From positions 1 to 60,083 of IMG/VR virus record IMGVR_UViG_3300030109_004892: a DNA stretch of 60,083 bases; one strand, written 5' to 3'. This document shows positions 9,405 to 18,864 of the stretch, piece by piece. A model generated the notes under the pieces. That model searched no databases. It had not been told where the DNA came from and worked only from the letters and a program-made list of their open reading frames with translations. Position 1 is the stretch's first letter. Every line of letters starts with the position of its first letter. The position numbers and the translations under genes are program-made. The stretch comes from a virus. Its lineage: Duplodnaviria; Caudoviricetes.

Positions 9405-9979
9405 GATATATAGGTGTAACGAGTTCTTTTGGTAACAGGTTCTACTTTATGAGGAAACATAAAAGAAGAAGGAAAAATTAATACTTCCCCTGCTTTTATT
9501 TTATATTCTTTTTTATCAAACATAATAAATTCACCGCCCTCATAATCATCATTTAAAGAACCTAAGATACTGAGGAAAGGAATACCTTTTCTTTTACCAT
9601 CAAACATAGAATGAATATGATCACAATGAAGAGCCATTTTTTTGTTTTTTTTGTATCTATTAAATCTTATAGCTGTGTAACCATGCCATTCAGTAAACCA
9701 AGGCGTATCCAAATCTTTAAAATATTTATTAAGAGCATGCCATATTGAATCCATTATAATCTTTTTTTGTTCCCCAAGAGCTTGATGATAATAAAGAACA
9801 GACAACTCTTTACTACCTGATCTTGTGTGTGATTTTTTTAATCCTTCGTTATAAAAAGTATGTTGATTCCAACCCTCACTTTTATTTATGTTTTTAATAC
9901 AACTTTTACAAACGTCTTTGTCTATAACTTTATATGTTTTTATAAATTGATATAAAAACTCATTGTTGTAATTTATCAT
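9392..9979 (-). CDS. 2OG-Fe(II) oxygenase, prolyl-4-hydroxylase-like
   Basis: HCD...LNDDYEGGEF...FPSSFMFPHKVEPV...R. Confidence 0.88.
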   Translation of the reverse strand: MINYNNEFLYQFIKTYKVIDKDVCKSCIKNINKSEGWNQHTFYNEGLKKSHTRSGSKELSVLYYHQALGEQKKIIMDSIWHALNKYFKDLDTPWFTEWHGYTAIRFNRYKKNKKMALHCDHIHSMFDGKRKGIPFLSILGSLNDDYEGGEFIMFDKKEYKIKAGEVLIFPSSFMFPHKVEPVTKRTRYTYISWVF

Positions 9980-10602
9980 AGTATTAATTCTGTAAGACTT
10001 TTTGTATCACCTAGTGTTCCTTTTATGTATGTATTAAAAGCCAAACTTATTCTTTCATTATTATCTTTTTTTGTTTTTACACTATGAGGAGTAGTAGAAG
10101 GAAAGAGTATTAACATTCCTGTTTTTATTTTATAGTTCCATTGAGCAGAATTAAAAAGACCATAGGTATGAGGATTCATTAATATATTTTCTAATGGTTG
10201 TCTTTTTTCCAATACAATACTATCAAACTCTGGATTAGCTTTTATGTAAAGAACTCCTGACACAAAAGAATTTTGATGCGAATGTAAATGATGAAACTCG
10301 TTATTTTTTGTATAGTTAAGCCACGATTGAGTAATATAAAGTTTTAAATCTTTTTTCTTTGGCATATAAACTTTTTGAAAATACTCATTAATATGTCTTG
10401 TTAAAGTGCTTTTTAATTGTTGAAAAGATTTTGTGTTTAAAACATAAGTATTATTACTTGTAATATTTCCAATGTTTCCATAACAATTTTTTTTATGATT
10501 ATTAACAGCTGTTAACTCTGCTTTAGTAAATTTTTTTACATCAAACGAATAATAAATAGGTACAGGAAAAATACCATCTATAGCGTAATCAAAAGTTTTC
10601 AT
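9976..10602 (-). CDS. Putative 2OG-Fe(II) oxygenase, TIGR02466-like
   Basis: FPVPIY...SWLN...HSH..SFVSGVLY...FPS..HSV...RISLAFN. Confidence 0.85.
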   Translation of the reverse strand: MKTFDYAIDGIFPVPIYYSFDVKKFTKAELTAVNNHKKNCYGNIGNITSNNTYVLNTKSFQQLKSTLTRHINEYFQKVYMPKKKDLKLYITQSWLNYTKNNEFHHLHSHQNSFVSGVLYIKANPEFDSIVLEKRQPLENILMNPHTYGLFNSAQWNYKIKTGMLILFPSTTPHSVKTKKDNNERISLAFNTYIKGTLGDTKSLTELIL

Positions 10603-11333
10603 TAGTAAATTTTATTACCTGTTGTAAAAGGGGTTGAATAACTTCTTTGTAAACCCGTTGTAGGAGTAGATATTTCATTAAAAAAAACAATTAATGTTAA
10701 CCTGTCTTGATCAATATTTGTATCAAATTTTCCTGCTCCATGCCATAGATAACCATCAAATCCAATGCACCTATTAAATAAATTTTTAAAACTAGCGGTC
10801 TCAGTAAAAAGAGAATTGTTTAATTTGTGAACTTTATTAAAAAATTTTTTTTCTTTTTCTGTTATTTCAACATTATCTCTAATCTTTTTATAATATAATT
10901 TTTTTGCTGATGCATAATCATTTGGAATTGTTTTAGCGCCATCTTTTTGTTCGTAAAAAGAAGTGCCTGAATTTAAATCAGCCAAGGGTGAGAGATAAAT
11001 AATAAAGGTGTGATTAACAGGATAGTCAGTGTGAATCCACCCTTCTGTATACTTAGTATTAACAATTTGAAAGTGAGCGTTTGCTTGATAGTAAAGATGT
11101 TTCATGTCCTCTTCACTATGATGGGCTCTTAAATATTTTATACAAATATGAGAGAAAAAATCTGGATAAATAATATGCAACGGTTGAGATCTGTATCCAG
11201 GCCATCTTCCCTCATCATCAGCCTCATAAGACAAAGTATTTGCATAATTAACTATTGAGGTAGGATTTTGAAAAAAATTATCTATACAAGTTAAAGGATA
11301 TTTAATCATTTGGATCTTTTCCAGGGTTAACAA
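10602..11333 (-). CDS. 2OG-Fe(II) oxygenase, DUF6445-like
   Basis: IDNFF...WPGYRS...WIHTD...IYLSP...GTSFY...FNR...WH...RLT. Confidence 0.8.
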   Translation of the reverse strand: MLTLEKIQMIKYPLTCIDNFFQNPTSIVNYANTLSYEADDEGRWPGYRSQPLHIIYPDFFSHICIKYLRAHHSEEDMKHLYYQANAHFQIVNTKYTEGWIHTDYPVNHTFIIYLSPLADLNSGTSFYEQKDGAKTIPNDYASAKKLYYKKIRDNVEITEKEKKFFNKVHKLNNSLFTETASFKNLFNRCIGFDGYLWHGAGKFDTNIDQDRLTLIVFFNEISTPTTGLQRSYSTPFTTGNKIY

Positions 11334-11625
11334 AATAAGTTAGATTACCTATTTTTTCATTAGATAAAATTGCATCTTTTAATTTAAGATAAATTTTATG
11401 AGTGGTTTTATTTACAACTTCAGCGGGTTGTTCAAAGTTTAAATTGTGTTTAATATATTCTTGAGTTTTTTTCTTAGTAAAAAGAATTATAGATCCAGGA
11501 GTTAAATTAACAGAAAATTTTGGTTGAACGCTTATTGCTCTAACATCATTTCCGTAGAAAACTTTCACACCTTCATAATTAGATTTTTTATATTTTAAGT
11601 CTTTTAAATAATTTATTTCTTCCAT
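11302..11625 (-). CDS. Hypothetical protein
   Basis: ORF tightly packed within the oxygenase operon. Confidence 0.55.
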   Translation of the reverse strand: MEEINYLKDLKYKKSNYEGVKVFYGNDVRAISVQPKFSVNLTPGSIILFTKKKTQEYIKHNLNFEQPAEVVNKTTHKIYLKLKDAILSNEKIGNLTYFVNPGKDPND

Positions 11626-11627
11626 TA

Positions 11628-12296
11628 TTATAATTGCATTCTTTGATTATTAGAATCAAAAATACTTAAATTACCTGCAACAGATACTCTTTCTCCTTTT
11701 GTTTTATAAGGAATTACAGCGTGCATTAAATTGTGTGGAAACAAATATAACTCTCCTACCTCGGGTAAAAAACTATGTCCGTTATTAACCCAAAAATTAG
11801 GTTCACCATAATAAAAATCAAGGGCTCCTGGCCCTGCTGAACTTCCTTGATATTTATTTCTTTCTTTCTCAAGTTTAGGAACTTTTACAAATAAAACAAA
11901 AGACATGTGACAATTGGTGTGAACATGACTAGGATTAAATTCATTTTCTTGCATAAAATTAATCCATAAATTATCCAATTTAACATTTTGTAAGGCACCA
12001 AGAGGATAACTTTGTCCTGCACGTCGAGGAGACCATTTCTTCATAAAATGGTGTAAATATCCGTGAGCTATTTTAACAATATGAGGTTCAAATGATGCTT
12101 TAATATCATCAGAAAAATAATATTCTTTTTCTATGACTCCCGCTAAATCTTTTCTTGCATCATTATTTTTTTGTTTTCTCCCTGCTTTTAACAACTTGTT
12201 AGTAATTTGTTTACTAACCTTAGTTCTAAACAACAAAGGTCCCCAATAAAAATAATTAAAACTTATCTCTTCCATTCTTTTTTCTGTCTCTTTCAT
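11628..12296 (-). CDS. Putative 2OG-Fe(II) oxygenase, HxH type
   Basis: LWINF...FNPSHVH...SFVLF...FP..LMHAV.P...RVSVAGN. Confidence 0.85.
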   Translation of the reverse strand: MKETEKRMEEISFNYFYWGPLLFRTKVSKQITNKLLKAGRKQKNNDARKDLAGVIEKEYYFSDDIKASFEPHIVKIAHGYLHHFMKKWSPRRAGQSYPLGALQNVKLDNLWINFMQENEFNPSHVHTNCHMSFVLFVKVPKLEKERNKYQGSSAGPGALDFYYGEPNFWVNNGHSFLPEVGELYLFPHNLMHAVIPYKTKGERVSVAGNLSIFDSNNQRMQL

Positions 12297-12338
12297 AGCA
12301 TATTTTCTCTGTCAAGAAAACAATTATAAAAAGATTGC

Positions 12339-12367
12339 TTGATATATTTGGCACACATGTTTAAATT
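12339..12367 (+). promoter_or_regulatory. sigma70-type promoter for the isolated 71-aa gene
   Basis: TTGATA-17 nt-TAAATT; AGGAGA RBS before 12403. Confidence 0.5.
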
Positions 12368-12402
12368 AGATCTCACCCAAAATTTAAAAATCAGGAGATA
12401 TT

Positions 12403-12618
12403 ATGGAAAATCAAGAAGTATTGAAGGCTATAGCTACCCTTGTAGATAAGGTGAGTAAGTATCACGAACGTTTATTACAATTAGAACGAGAAAAAGAAAG
12501 GTTAAGTGATGCCTTTGCAAGACATCTTCAAGGATGTGCTTGTCATAATACTTCAGATGAAGAAGTAATATTAACAGGCTTAGATTCTGATATAGAGTGC
12601 GAAGCTTGTAGTGCTTAA
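12403..12618 (+). CDS. Small coiled-coil protein with CxCH and terminal CxxC
   Basis: Strong RBS; ends ...DIECEACSA. Confidence 0.75.
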   Translation: MENQEVLKAIATLVDKVSKYHERLLQLEREKERLSDAFARHLQGCACHNTSDEEVILTGLDSDIECEACSA

Positions 12619-12870
12619 TTATTCAGGTGTTTCGCCTAGCATATCTGCTAATGATGGAGCAAATACTTTTACATCTCTCCTAATTTTTTCTGCTGTTGTA
12701 GAAGTTCCTGGATTATCAACATCAGCTTGAGCTGCATCTTCTGATTCATATTCAACACCTGTATCAGCGTGAGTAATTGTTGTTTCAGTTTTTACTTTAT
12801 AGTGAGGAATTCTTCTTCCATCACTTGTTGTAATGTGTCCTAGTAATTCAGCGGGTTCAACTATCGGCAT
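12619..12870 (-). CDS. Hypothetical protein
   Basis: ORF overlapping the upstream oxygenase; acidic composition. Confidence 0.7.
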   Translation of the reverse strand: MPIVEPAELLGHITTSDGRRIPHYKVKTETTITHADTGVEYESEDAAQADVDNPGTSTTAEKIRRDVKVFAPSLADMLGETPE

Positions 12871-13453
12871 CTTTGTCTCTCCAATTTATGTTAAAACTAA
12901 TGATAACTCTATCTTCATCAGAATTATTTGTTTGTACTTCATGTTGTAACCAAGATGGGAAAAAAATCAAGGAATTTTCAATAGGTTCCCATTGTACGCT
13001 GTGAGCGAGGTGTATAGAAGCTTTATCTGTTTTTGGGGGTGATAGTACCTCTGACTGTGGTTTTGGCTCTAGAAACACAATACTGCCACTTTTTTTAGGT
13101 GCCTTTAAATAAAATACACCAGATAGATAGTTATAAGGATGAGTATGAACATTATTTCTAGATCTTGGTGGATTAATCATGCCCCACATTCCAGTCACTT
13201 CAGGAACATAATTATCTTTGACATCCATGTGATTAAAACAATCTTTAGAATATTTAAGAATATCATTAACTAAAGGCTTAAACTTTTTTATTTTATATAT
13301 TTCATCATTACTATGCCATCCACCAATGTTTGATCGAGGCATTCCTTTTTGATCCTTTTCTCGTAATTGATAAATAGCATCAACAAGATTTTCATGACCT
13401 TCAAGTGGAAGAGAAAATACAGGGGTAATAAATAAAGAATGAAGATTAATCAG
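12857..13453 (-). CDS. TIGR02466-family 2OG-Fe(II) oxygenase, probable CTG start at 13453
   Basis: Frame open 37 codons upstream of the tracked ATG, adding LFITPVF; RSNIGGWHS...HTH...LSGVFY...FPSWLQHEV...RVIISFN. Confidence 0.8.
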   Translation of the reverse strand: MINLHSLFITPVFSLPLEGHENLVDAIYQLREKDQKGMPRSNIGGWHSNDEIYKIKKFKPLVNDILKYSKDCFNHMDVKDNYVPEVTGMWGMINPPRSRNNVHTHPYNYLSGVFYLKAPKKSGSIVFLEPKPQSEVLSPPKTDKASIHLAHSVQWEPIENSLIFFPSWLQHEVQTNNSDEDRVIISFNINWRDKDADS

Positions 13454-13812
13454 AGTTGTCCTTTCGTAATCTCCAAATAACTTGCAGTAACATGTACTTG
13501 GTTAGCTGCATTAGCTTGAACTTTCATAACATCACTTTCTTGTAAAACTAATGGTTGTTCTAATAATTCTGTTGTTGTTTTTGTAGCAACACTTTTTTCT
13601 TTAAATACTTCAAACGTCGCTGATGATCTCAAAACTTCTATATCAAGAAGAGTGGTATTAGCTGAGTCATTACAAACTAAAATAGATTTAATAACTGCTG
13701 TTGTGGGTGCAACGGGAGGTGATGCACCAGGATCCGCTGCTGGTACAGTAATTAAAGTTGTTAAGTCTGTCGTAGTAACATCCAACATTGCGCTTTTAAA
13801 TACATTAGCCAA
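13450..13812 (-). CDS. Virion (tail) beta-sandwich protein
   Basis: MANxFK...KSILVCN...PLVL..SD.....SYLEI pattern of small tail proteins. Confidence 0.7.
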   Translation of the reverse strand: MANVFKSAMLDVTTTDLTTLITVPAADPGASPPVAPTTAVIKSILVCNDSANTTLLDIEVLRSSATFEVFKEKSVATKTTTELLEQPLVLQESDVMKVQANAANQVHVTASYLEITKGQL

Positions 13813-13972
13813 AGAAAAAAGCCTCCTGCTCGGATTCTTCTTTTAATTCGTTTTGGTAGTTTGTATTAAGAAGTAAAATAATTTGATCCAACATAGCAAT
13901 CATTTGATTAAATTGACTAGCACTATATTCTGGTGTTGCGTTAGGTAATCTTGTTATTGTTATTTTAGCCAT
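13805..13972 (-). CDS. Small tail-associated protein (55 aa), not in ORF track
   Basis: MAKITITRLPNATPEYSASQFNQMIAMLDQIILLLNTNYQNELKEESEQEAFFFG. Confidence 0.7.
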   Translation of the reverse strand: MAKITITRLPNATPEYSASQFNQMIAMLDQIILLLNTNYQNELKEESEQEAFFFG

Positions 13973-13973
13973 A

Positions 13974-14504
13974 CTATCTTTTAGAATAAATTAGGCTTAA
14001 AGTCATTCTAAATTTAGGCCCTTTTATGGATTGTGGTCTAATTGTGTGTGGAATAGAACCGTCAAACAGTAATATTCTACCTGGTATAAAAGATGAGGCA
14101 AAATCAATTTTTTGTAAATTTAAGGGATCATAGAATAATGTTTCACCATACCATCCATCTTTCCAATCCAAGTTCACATAATACAATGCTATCTGTTTAT
14201 TCCAATGTGTGTGAATATAATGCACATCTTCGGACTTTACTAAGTTAATTATAATGCGTTCTAGTTTTTTATTTTGAAACCAAGGTGTTTCTTCTATACA
14301 ATTTTCAATACACGGAAGTATATTTTCTTTTGATAAATCTTTTATAGACCATTCTGAAAATAAATTAGGTTCACTTTCTTTTACAACAACTGCATCTTCC
14401 CATCCTAATTTGTAAAAAGAATTATGTGTTGATTTATATATTTCACTTCTTGTTTTAAAAGATACTTTGTTGTCAAATATTTTTATTTTTTTATCTTCTT
14501 CCAT
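13974..14504 (-). CDS. 2OG-Fe(II) oxygenase (likely start MEEDKK at 14504)
   Basis: HTH...LYYVNLDW...GETLFY...PGRILLFDG.IPH.IRP...R. Confidence 0.8.
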   Translation of the reverse strand: MEEDKKIKIFDNKVSFKTRSEIYKSTHNSFYKLGWEDAVVVKESEPNLFSEWSIKDLSKENILPCIENCIEETPWFQNKKLERIIINLVKSEDVHYIHTHWNKQIALYYVNLDWKDGWYGETLFYDPLNLQKIDFASSFIPGRILLFDGSIPHTIRPQSIKGPKFRMTLSLIYSKR

Positions 14505-16335
14505 CAGGTCTAAGTTGAAGCTTAGTTGAGCCAAGTCTCCAAGCTGTATCACCTATAGTATTTGACTCCCATTTTATCTTCACTGCTCTTCCTCTCCCTC
14601 TTACATTAATTTTCTGCGTTGTGCTAGAAATAGTTCCTGAAGTAGAAACACTATTTGTGGATTGAGGATATTGGTTTAATGTTAAAGTAGCCGTTAAGGT
14701 ATTTGATAGATTATCAAAGTCAGGAACTAATTTACTAACTGACATTAAATTATCCCCATCTGCTATTTCTACTGAACCTGTAGTTAAAAAAGCTGAAATT
14801 GCTGCACCATTCGCTTGATTATTACCTGTCTCATGTTCATAAACATAAGAAGCTCCTGCGGTCAAACCTAATATAGTAGATACATTTGCTGTTACACTTG
14901 TGCTATATTCTGTTGCGATTGGTTGTTCATATACATAAGCACCGAGCCAGGTTGTTCTGGCTAAACTTATTGTGTACCAAGTATTTTCTAAATAATTGTA
15001 AACAACACCTCTATCTATTTGTGTTGCATTAGATGATGGGTAGTACCAAATAATTTCATTAAAGGCTGTGTTTAATCCAACGGCGATATCATTTCTATTT
15101 GTATAACTCATATCATCGAATACATAATCCTGTACAGAGCAAGGCATTTTTTTAACAACACCATCATACAAATAAAAAGAATCATCTGACATCCAATATG
15201 CTTTTCCATTTACCTCTATTGCTGCGTGTTGTGCTATCAATCCACAGTTAGCACCAAGTTGTCTCATACCAAAAGTAAAAGGTGTTCCAACAAATTGAAT
15301 ACCGTGCATAGAAGTATCGGTCCAAACAAGTATTTGACCTGAAGATTTAACAGCGCCCATTATTTTAGAACCGTCAGATATACGAAGTGAACCTGCTTCA
15401 TTAGTAGCTACAGGAGTATAATCAGTAGCATCTTCTCTATCAGAAAAACGAAAAAATAAATCATCCTGAGTAGAAGTGTTACCAATTGTTGTTTCTGTTC
15501 CAAAAATTAATAAGTGTCTGGTATCAGTAGAAACCAAACTAAATCTAGAAGCTGTCGGAGCATTAGATAAAGCTGTTGCTCTATTGCTTACTCCCCCTGA
15601 TGTATCCCAAACAAAAGTACCACCATTTAAAACAGTAGCAATTAAATCTTCTCCAAAGTTATCTAAGGACCATTGACGTGCTGACAATACAACATCTGAA
15701 CTAGACCTAGCAGTGCCCCAAGTACTTAATCCCCAAGTTAATGTACCCCAACCATATCCAAAAGTAGAAGTAGCAGGTCCTGTAGTTATTTGATAGTTAG
15801 CATTTCCTGCTCCGCCTCCTCCGGATGTTGAGCCAGAGGCTGTACTAGTATGAGTAACTTTATATGTGTTAGCATCTACATAAGTTGTAACTTCAAACTC
15901 GTTGTTCATATCTAAACCATCAATCGTAGAAAAAGAATCAAAAGTTACAAAGTCTCCTGCAGCAGCTCCATGATCTGCGTCTGTAACAGTTACTGTAGTA
16001 GTGCCGTTTGTTGTAAAAGGATTGGTTAAAGAAGCTGTTTCTCTAATAGGGGTAATATCAGTAAAGCCACCACCTACATAAATATATAGTTTTCTATCTG
16101 TTCCTAAAGCTAGATATCTGGTTCCATCTAAACCAATCCAGGAATATGTATCACGGACCACGCCCACAATAGTTTTATTAGGACTAGGTAAGTATGCCCA
16201 ACCACTCCATCTCTCAGGTTTTCCGTAGTGAAAACGTACAAAATCAGAGTCAACATATTTACGTTGGTCTCCTGCTGAATAAGCAGTATCTTGTTTATCT
16301 ATACCTGGTTGGAACTTTAAATCAGTTAATTTCAT
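14491..16335 (-). CDS. Tail nozzle / DNA stabilisation (tubular protein B-like) protein
   Basis: PGI.K...VRF..G.PE...W; WSLDNFGEDL; RFSDRED; EIIWYYPS...YNY.E..W beta-propeller-type motifs. Confidence 0.75.
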   Translation of the reverse strand: MKLTDLKFQPGIDKQDTAYSAGDQRKYVDSDFVRFHYGKPERWSGWAYLPSPNKTIVGVVRDTYSWIGLDGTRYLALGTDRKLYIYVGGGFTDITPIRETASLTNPFTTNGTTTVTVTDADHGAAAGDFVTFDSFSTIDGLDMNNEFEVTTYVDANTYKVTHTSTASGSTSGGGGAGNANYQITTGPATSTFGYGWGTLTWGLSTWGTARSSSDVVLSARQWSLDNFGEDLIATVLNGGTFVWDTSGGVSNRATALSNAPTASRFSLVSTDTRHLLIFGTETTIGNTSTQDDLFFRFSDREDATDYTPVATNEAGSLRISDGSKIMGAVKSSGQILVWTDTSMHGIQFVGTPFTFGMRQLGANCGLIAQHAAIEVNGKAYWMSDDSFYLYDGVVKKMPCSVQDYVFDDMSYTNRNDIAVGLNTAFNEIIWYYPSSNATQIDRGVVYNYLENTWYTISLARTTWLGAYVYEQPIATEYSTSVTANVSTILGLTAGASYVYEHETGNNQANGAAISAFLTTGSVEIADGDNLMSVSKLVPDFDNLSNTLTATLTLNQYPQSTNSVSTSGTISSTTQKINVRGRGRAVKIKWESNTIGDTAWRLGSTKLQLRPDGRR

Positions 16336-16351
16336 GTTGGAGTATACTAAA

Positions 16352-17140
16352 TTATTTATTGTTTTGTGGCAAGAATTGAGTGGCTACATTACCTTTGAAA
16401 GGGTAATTACCAAAATGAGTCATACCACTAAGAATATCAGCATATATTTTACCACCTATTTTCTGCCATAAACGACAAAAAGAATAATCTTCAGATAAAT
16501 ATCTTTTAGTTTCTGGTTCCACCATAGTATCAAAAAATGCATAGTTCCAATCAGATGTATCATGATAATCAAATTCTGTATCATGTGGTTGATTTAAATG
16601 TTGGTCAGATTTAAATTTTAAATCAGGATAGGCCTTAGCCATTTTCTCAAACACTTGTCTTTTTATCAACATAAAACCTGTTGCACCGTCTAACACTTCA
16701 ATAAATCCTTTTTCCACTTTAACATTGTTTGGATCTTTAACATTTAAATTATATTGTAAAGAAGCTGCGTGTAATTCATCTTCTCCTATGTTAGGATCTT
16801 CAGTTACTCTTCTTTTAACTTTTGTCCAATCAATTAATTTACGAGGATAAACACCTGTTGTTACATCCTGATCTAAATCTAACATACGAAAAACTGATTC
16901 AGGATTAAAAGCAATATCAGCATCAATAAATAAAAGATGAGTATATTTTTTTTCATCCATAAATAATTGCACTAAAGTATTACGAGCCCGTGTTACTAAT
17001 GATTCATTACCAATTGTACCAATTTGAATTTCTATTTTCTTTTGAGAAGCTAAAGCAATAAGTTGTAAACAACTTTTAAAATAATCTGCTGTAAGCATAC
17101 CCCCATAACAAGGGGTACCTATGAAGATCTTATGTGACAT
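16352..17140 (-). CDS. GT-A fold glycosyltransferase
   Basis: TPCYGG, ESLVTRARN, DxD motif (FIDADI), ATGFMLIKR, YLSEDYSFC. Confidence 0.85.
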   Translation of the reverse strand: MSHKIFIGTPCYGGMLTADYFKSCLQLIALASQKKIEIQIGTIGNESLVTRARNTLVQLFMDEKKYTHLLFIDADIAFNPESVFRMLDLDQDVTTGVYPRKLIDWTKVKRRVTEDPNIGEDELHAASLQYNLNVKDPNNVKVEKGFIEVLDGATGFMLIKRQVFEKMAKAYPDLKFKSDQHLNQPHDTEFDYHDTSDWNYAFFDTMVEPETKRYLSEDYSFCRLWQKIGGKIYADILSGMTHFGNYPFKGNVATQFLPQNNK

Positions 17141-17642
17141 CTTTATAAAATATGTTTAATGTAGATCTATTAGAGCTATCACCGAAAGATTGTAAATCTG
17201 AATGTGGTATTTTCATGCCATTAAAAAACAAAGCTCTATTTTCTACAAAACCTATGTGAGAAGATAATTGATTGTTATGCATAAACCCAGTGCCATTATT
17301 AAGGAGGGGTTCTCCCTTAACAAATAAAAGAAAGTTTGCGACATTTCCTTTATCATCATCTGTATGAAACAAAGGTTCTTTGTTATTTTGTCTATAGTGT
17401 GCACTCACGGATATCGGCTCAAGGTTCCTGTGCGGAAAAAAATATTGTTTAATTAACTTTAACAATGGATCATCGTGAAAACTTTTAGGAAAGGTGTGTC
17501 TATGACCATACACTTGACCTTCTGGATTATCTACTTGAGTATAGCTTAAATTCATAAGAGTATTTTGTAATGATTTTAATGTAGCTTCATCCAAAAAATC
17601 ATCAACATACATAACAAATTTTGTATTTTTATTGTGTTGCAT
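17130..17642 (-). CDS. 2OG-Fe(II) oxygenase
   Basis: VDDFL...HTD...GTGF...ENRALFF...PHS...R. Confidence 0.75.
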   Translation of the reverse strand: MQHNKNTKFVMYVDDFLDEATLKSLQNTLMNLSYTQVDNPEGQVYGHRHTFPKSFHDDPLLKLIKQYFFPHRNLEPISVSAHYRQNNKEPLFHTDDDKGNVANFLLFVKGEPLLNNGTGFMHNNQLSSHIGFVENRALFFNGMKIPHSDLQSFGDSSNRSTLNIFYKDVT

Positions 17643-17913
17643 AATCTACTTTTAAATATTCTATTTTCTTTAACCAATCTTTGGGTATAGCAATAGCGCC
17701 ACCACCTGTAACATCATCTTTGTCTTTGCTGTAAGATCTCATAATAACTATTCTTTCATCATTATTAGTAATCATCCAACCTACTTCTTGGCACACGGCC
17801 AACGGTGCATTAATAACTTCTTTTATATCCAGCCACCCAGTTTCTGTATCACGGGCATCGAGCCACGTCACACGGACCATTGGAATTTTATTTATATCAA
17901 ACCCTTCACCCAT
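17629..17913 (-). CDS. Conserved small phage protein (WxDA family)
   Basis: VxWLDA...W...C..VGW...IPxxW. Confidence 0.7.
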   Translation of the reverse strand: MGEGFDINKIPMVRVTWLDARDTETGWLDIKEVINAPLAVCQEVGWMITNNDERIVIMRSYSKDKDDVTGGGAIAIPKDWLKKIEYLKVDYATQ

Positions 17914-18584
17914 TATTCATTAATAGGTTCTTTTTTCTTTAGCTGTAAATTAAAAGAAACAGATCTTCTCTCTTCATTTTGTGTTCTGAAAGGATAAACA
18001 CCATGAGATAACCAAGCAGGAAAAAGATATATTGCGCCAACCTCTGGAGTAGCTTGATGTTTATGACCACTAAAAGTTGCTGCTTGTCCACAGTGCCAAA
18101 TAATATCTCCCACACAAGGATAATGATCTTCTTTTGCGTATTCGTCTTTAAGACTAGGGGGTACACGTAAATAAATTACACCTGATAATTCTCCTTGATG
18201 AATATGAAAAGGATTGAAGTCTCCCGCCCACTGGCTCACGGCCCACATAGATTCAACAACCATTGATCCTACAAAAGCAGGTGATATAGTATCACTTGCA
18301 GGAGGAATAGAAATGTATTGTTTAACTATTTCACCTATCGCATTAATGATTGGTTTAAATTTTTTACCCTCTAAATCTTCCATAGGATATCTAACTTCTT
18401 GCTTAACATTGCCTGCTAAGTTCATTGAATGATCATATTCCTTAGCTAATTTTTTATCATTAAATAACTGTGATGCCTTATCATCTAACACTTTAATCAT
18501 ACTATTAGGTAATTTACCTTGTAATATAGTAGGACCAAAAGGTCTTACGGCATGAAATTCTATTTTAGTTGGTTCTTTATTCAT
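17913..18584 (-). CDS. Putative 2OG-Fe(II) oxygenase, HxH type
   Basis: PFGP...LAG...W...GDFNPFHIH..LSGVIYL...FPAWLSHGVYPF...RRSVSFN. Confidence 0.85.
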   Translation of the reverse strand: MNKEPTKIEFHAVRPFGPTILQGKLPNSMIKVLDDKASQLFNDKKLAKEYDHSMNLAGNVKQEVRYPMEDLEGKKFKPIINAIGEIVKQYISIPPASDTISPAFVGSMVVESMWAVSQWAGDFNPFHIHQGELSGVIYLRVPPSLKDEYAKEDHYPCVGDIIWHCGQAATFSGHKHQATPEVGAIYLFPAWLSHGVYPFRTQNEERRSVSFNLQLKKKEPINE

Positions 18585-18726
18585 CTTTTTTCTCTTTTTT
18601 CTTTTCTGTTTGTTCTTTATGTTTTCTCATATTTTCTTTTACAAATTCTATTTCATCTTTATTTAAAGGTCTTCCATATGGGGGTGCAGGAACTACAGGG
18701 GTTGGGGTTTTCTTGGTAGCCATCAT
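18577..18726 (-). CDS. Small charged protein (49 aa), first gene of the leftward operon
   Basis: AAGGA RBS; MMATKKTPTPVVPAPPYGRPLNKDEIEFVKENMRKHKEQTEKKKEKKDE. Confidence 0.55.
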   Translation of the reverse strand: MMATKKTPTPVVPAPPYGRPLNKDEIEFVKENMRKHKEQTEKKKEKKDE

Positions 18727-18864
18727 TCTTTCCTTTCGGTTAGCTATAAATATCTATTGTCATATAGCAATAATTTGCCTATAAATATATAATTAAATTG
18801 GCATTTCTACAAGTTTAGCCTCCTTGCACTATTTACCGACAATCATGATTTGCAGAAGGAGAAC

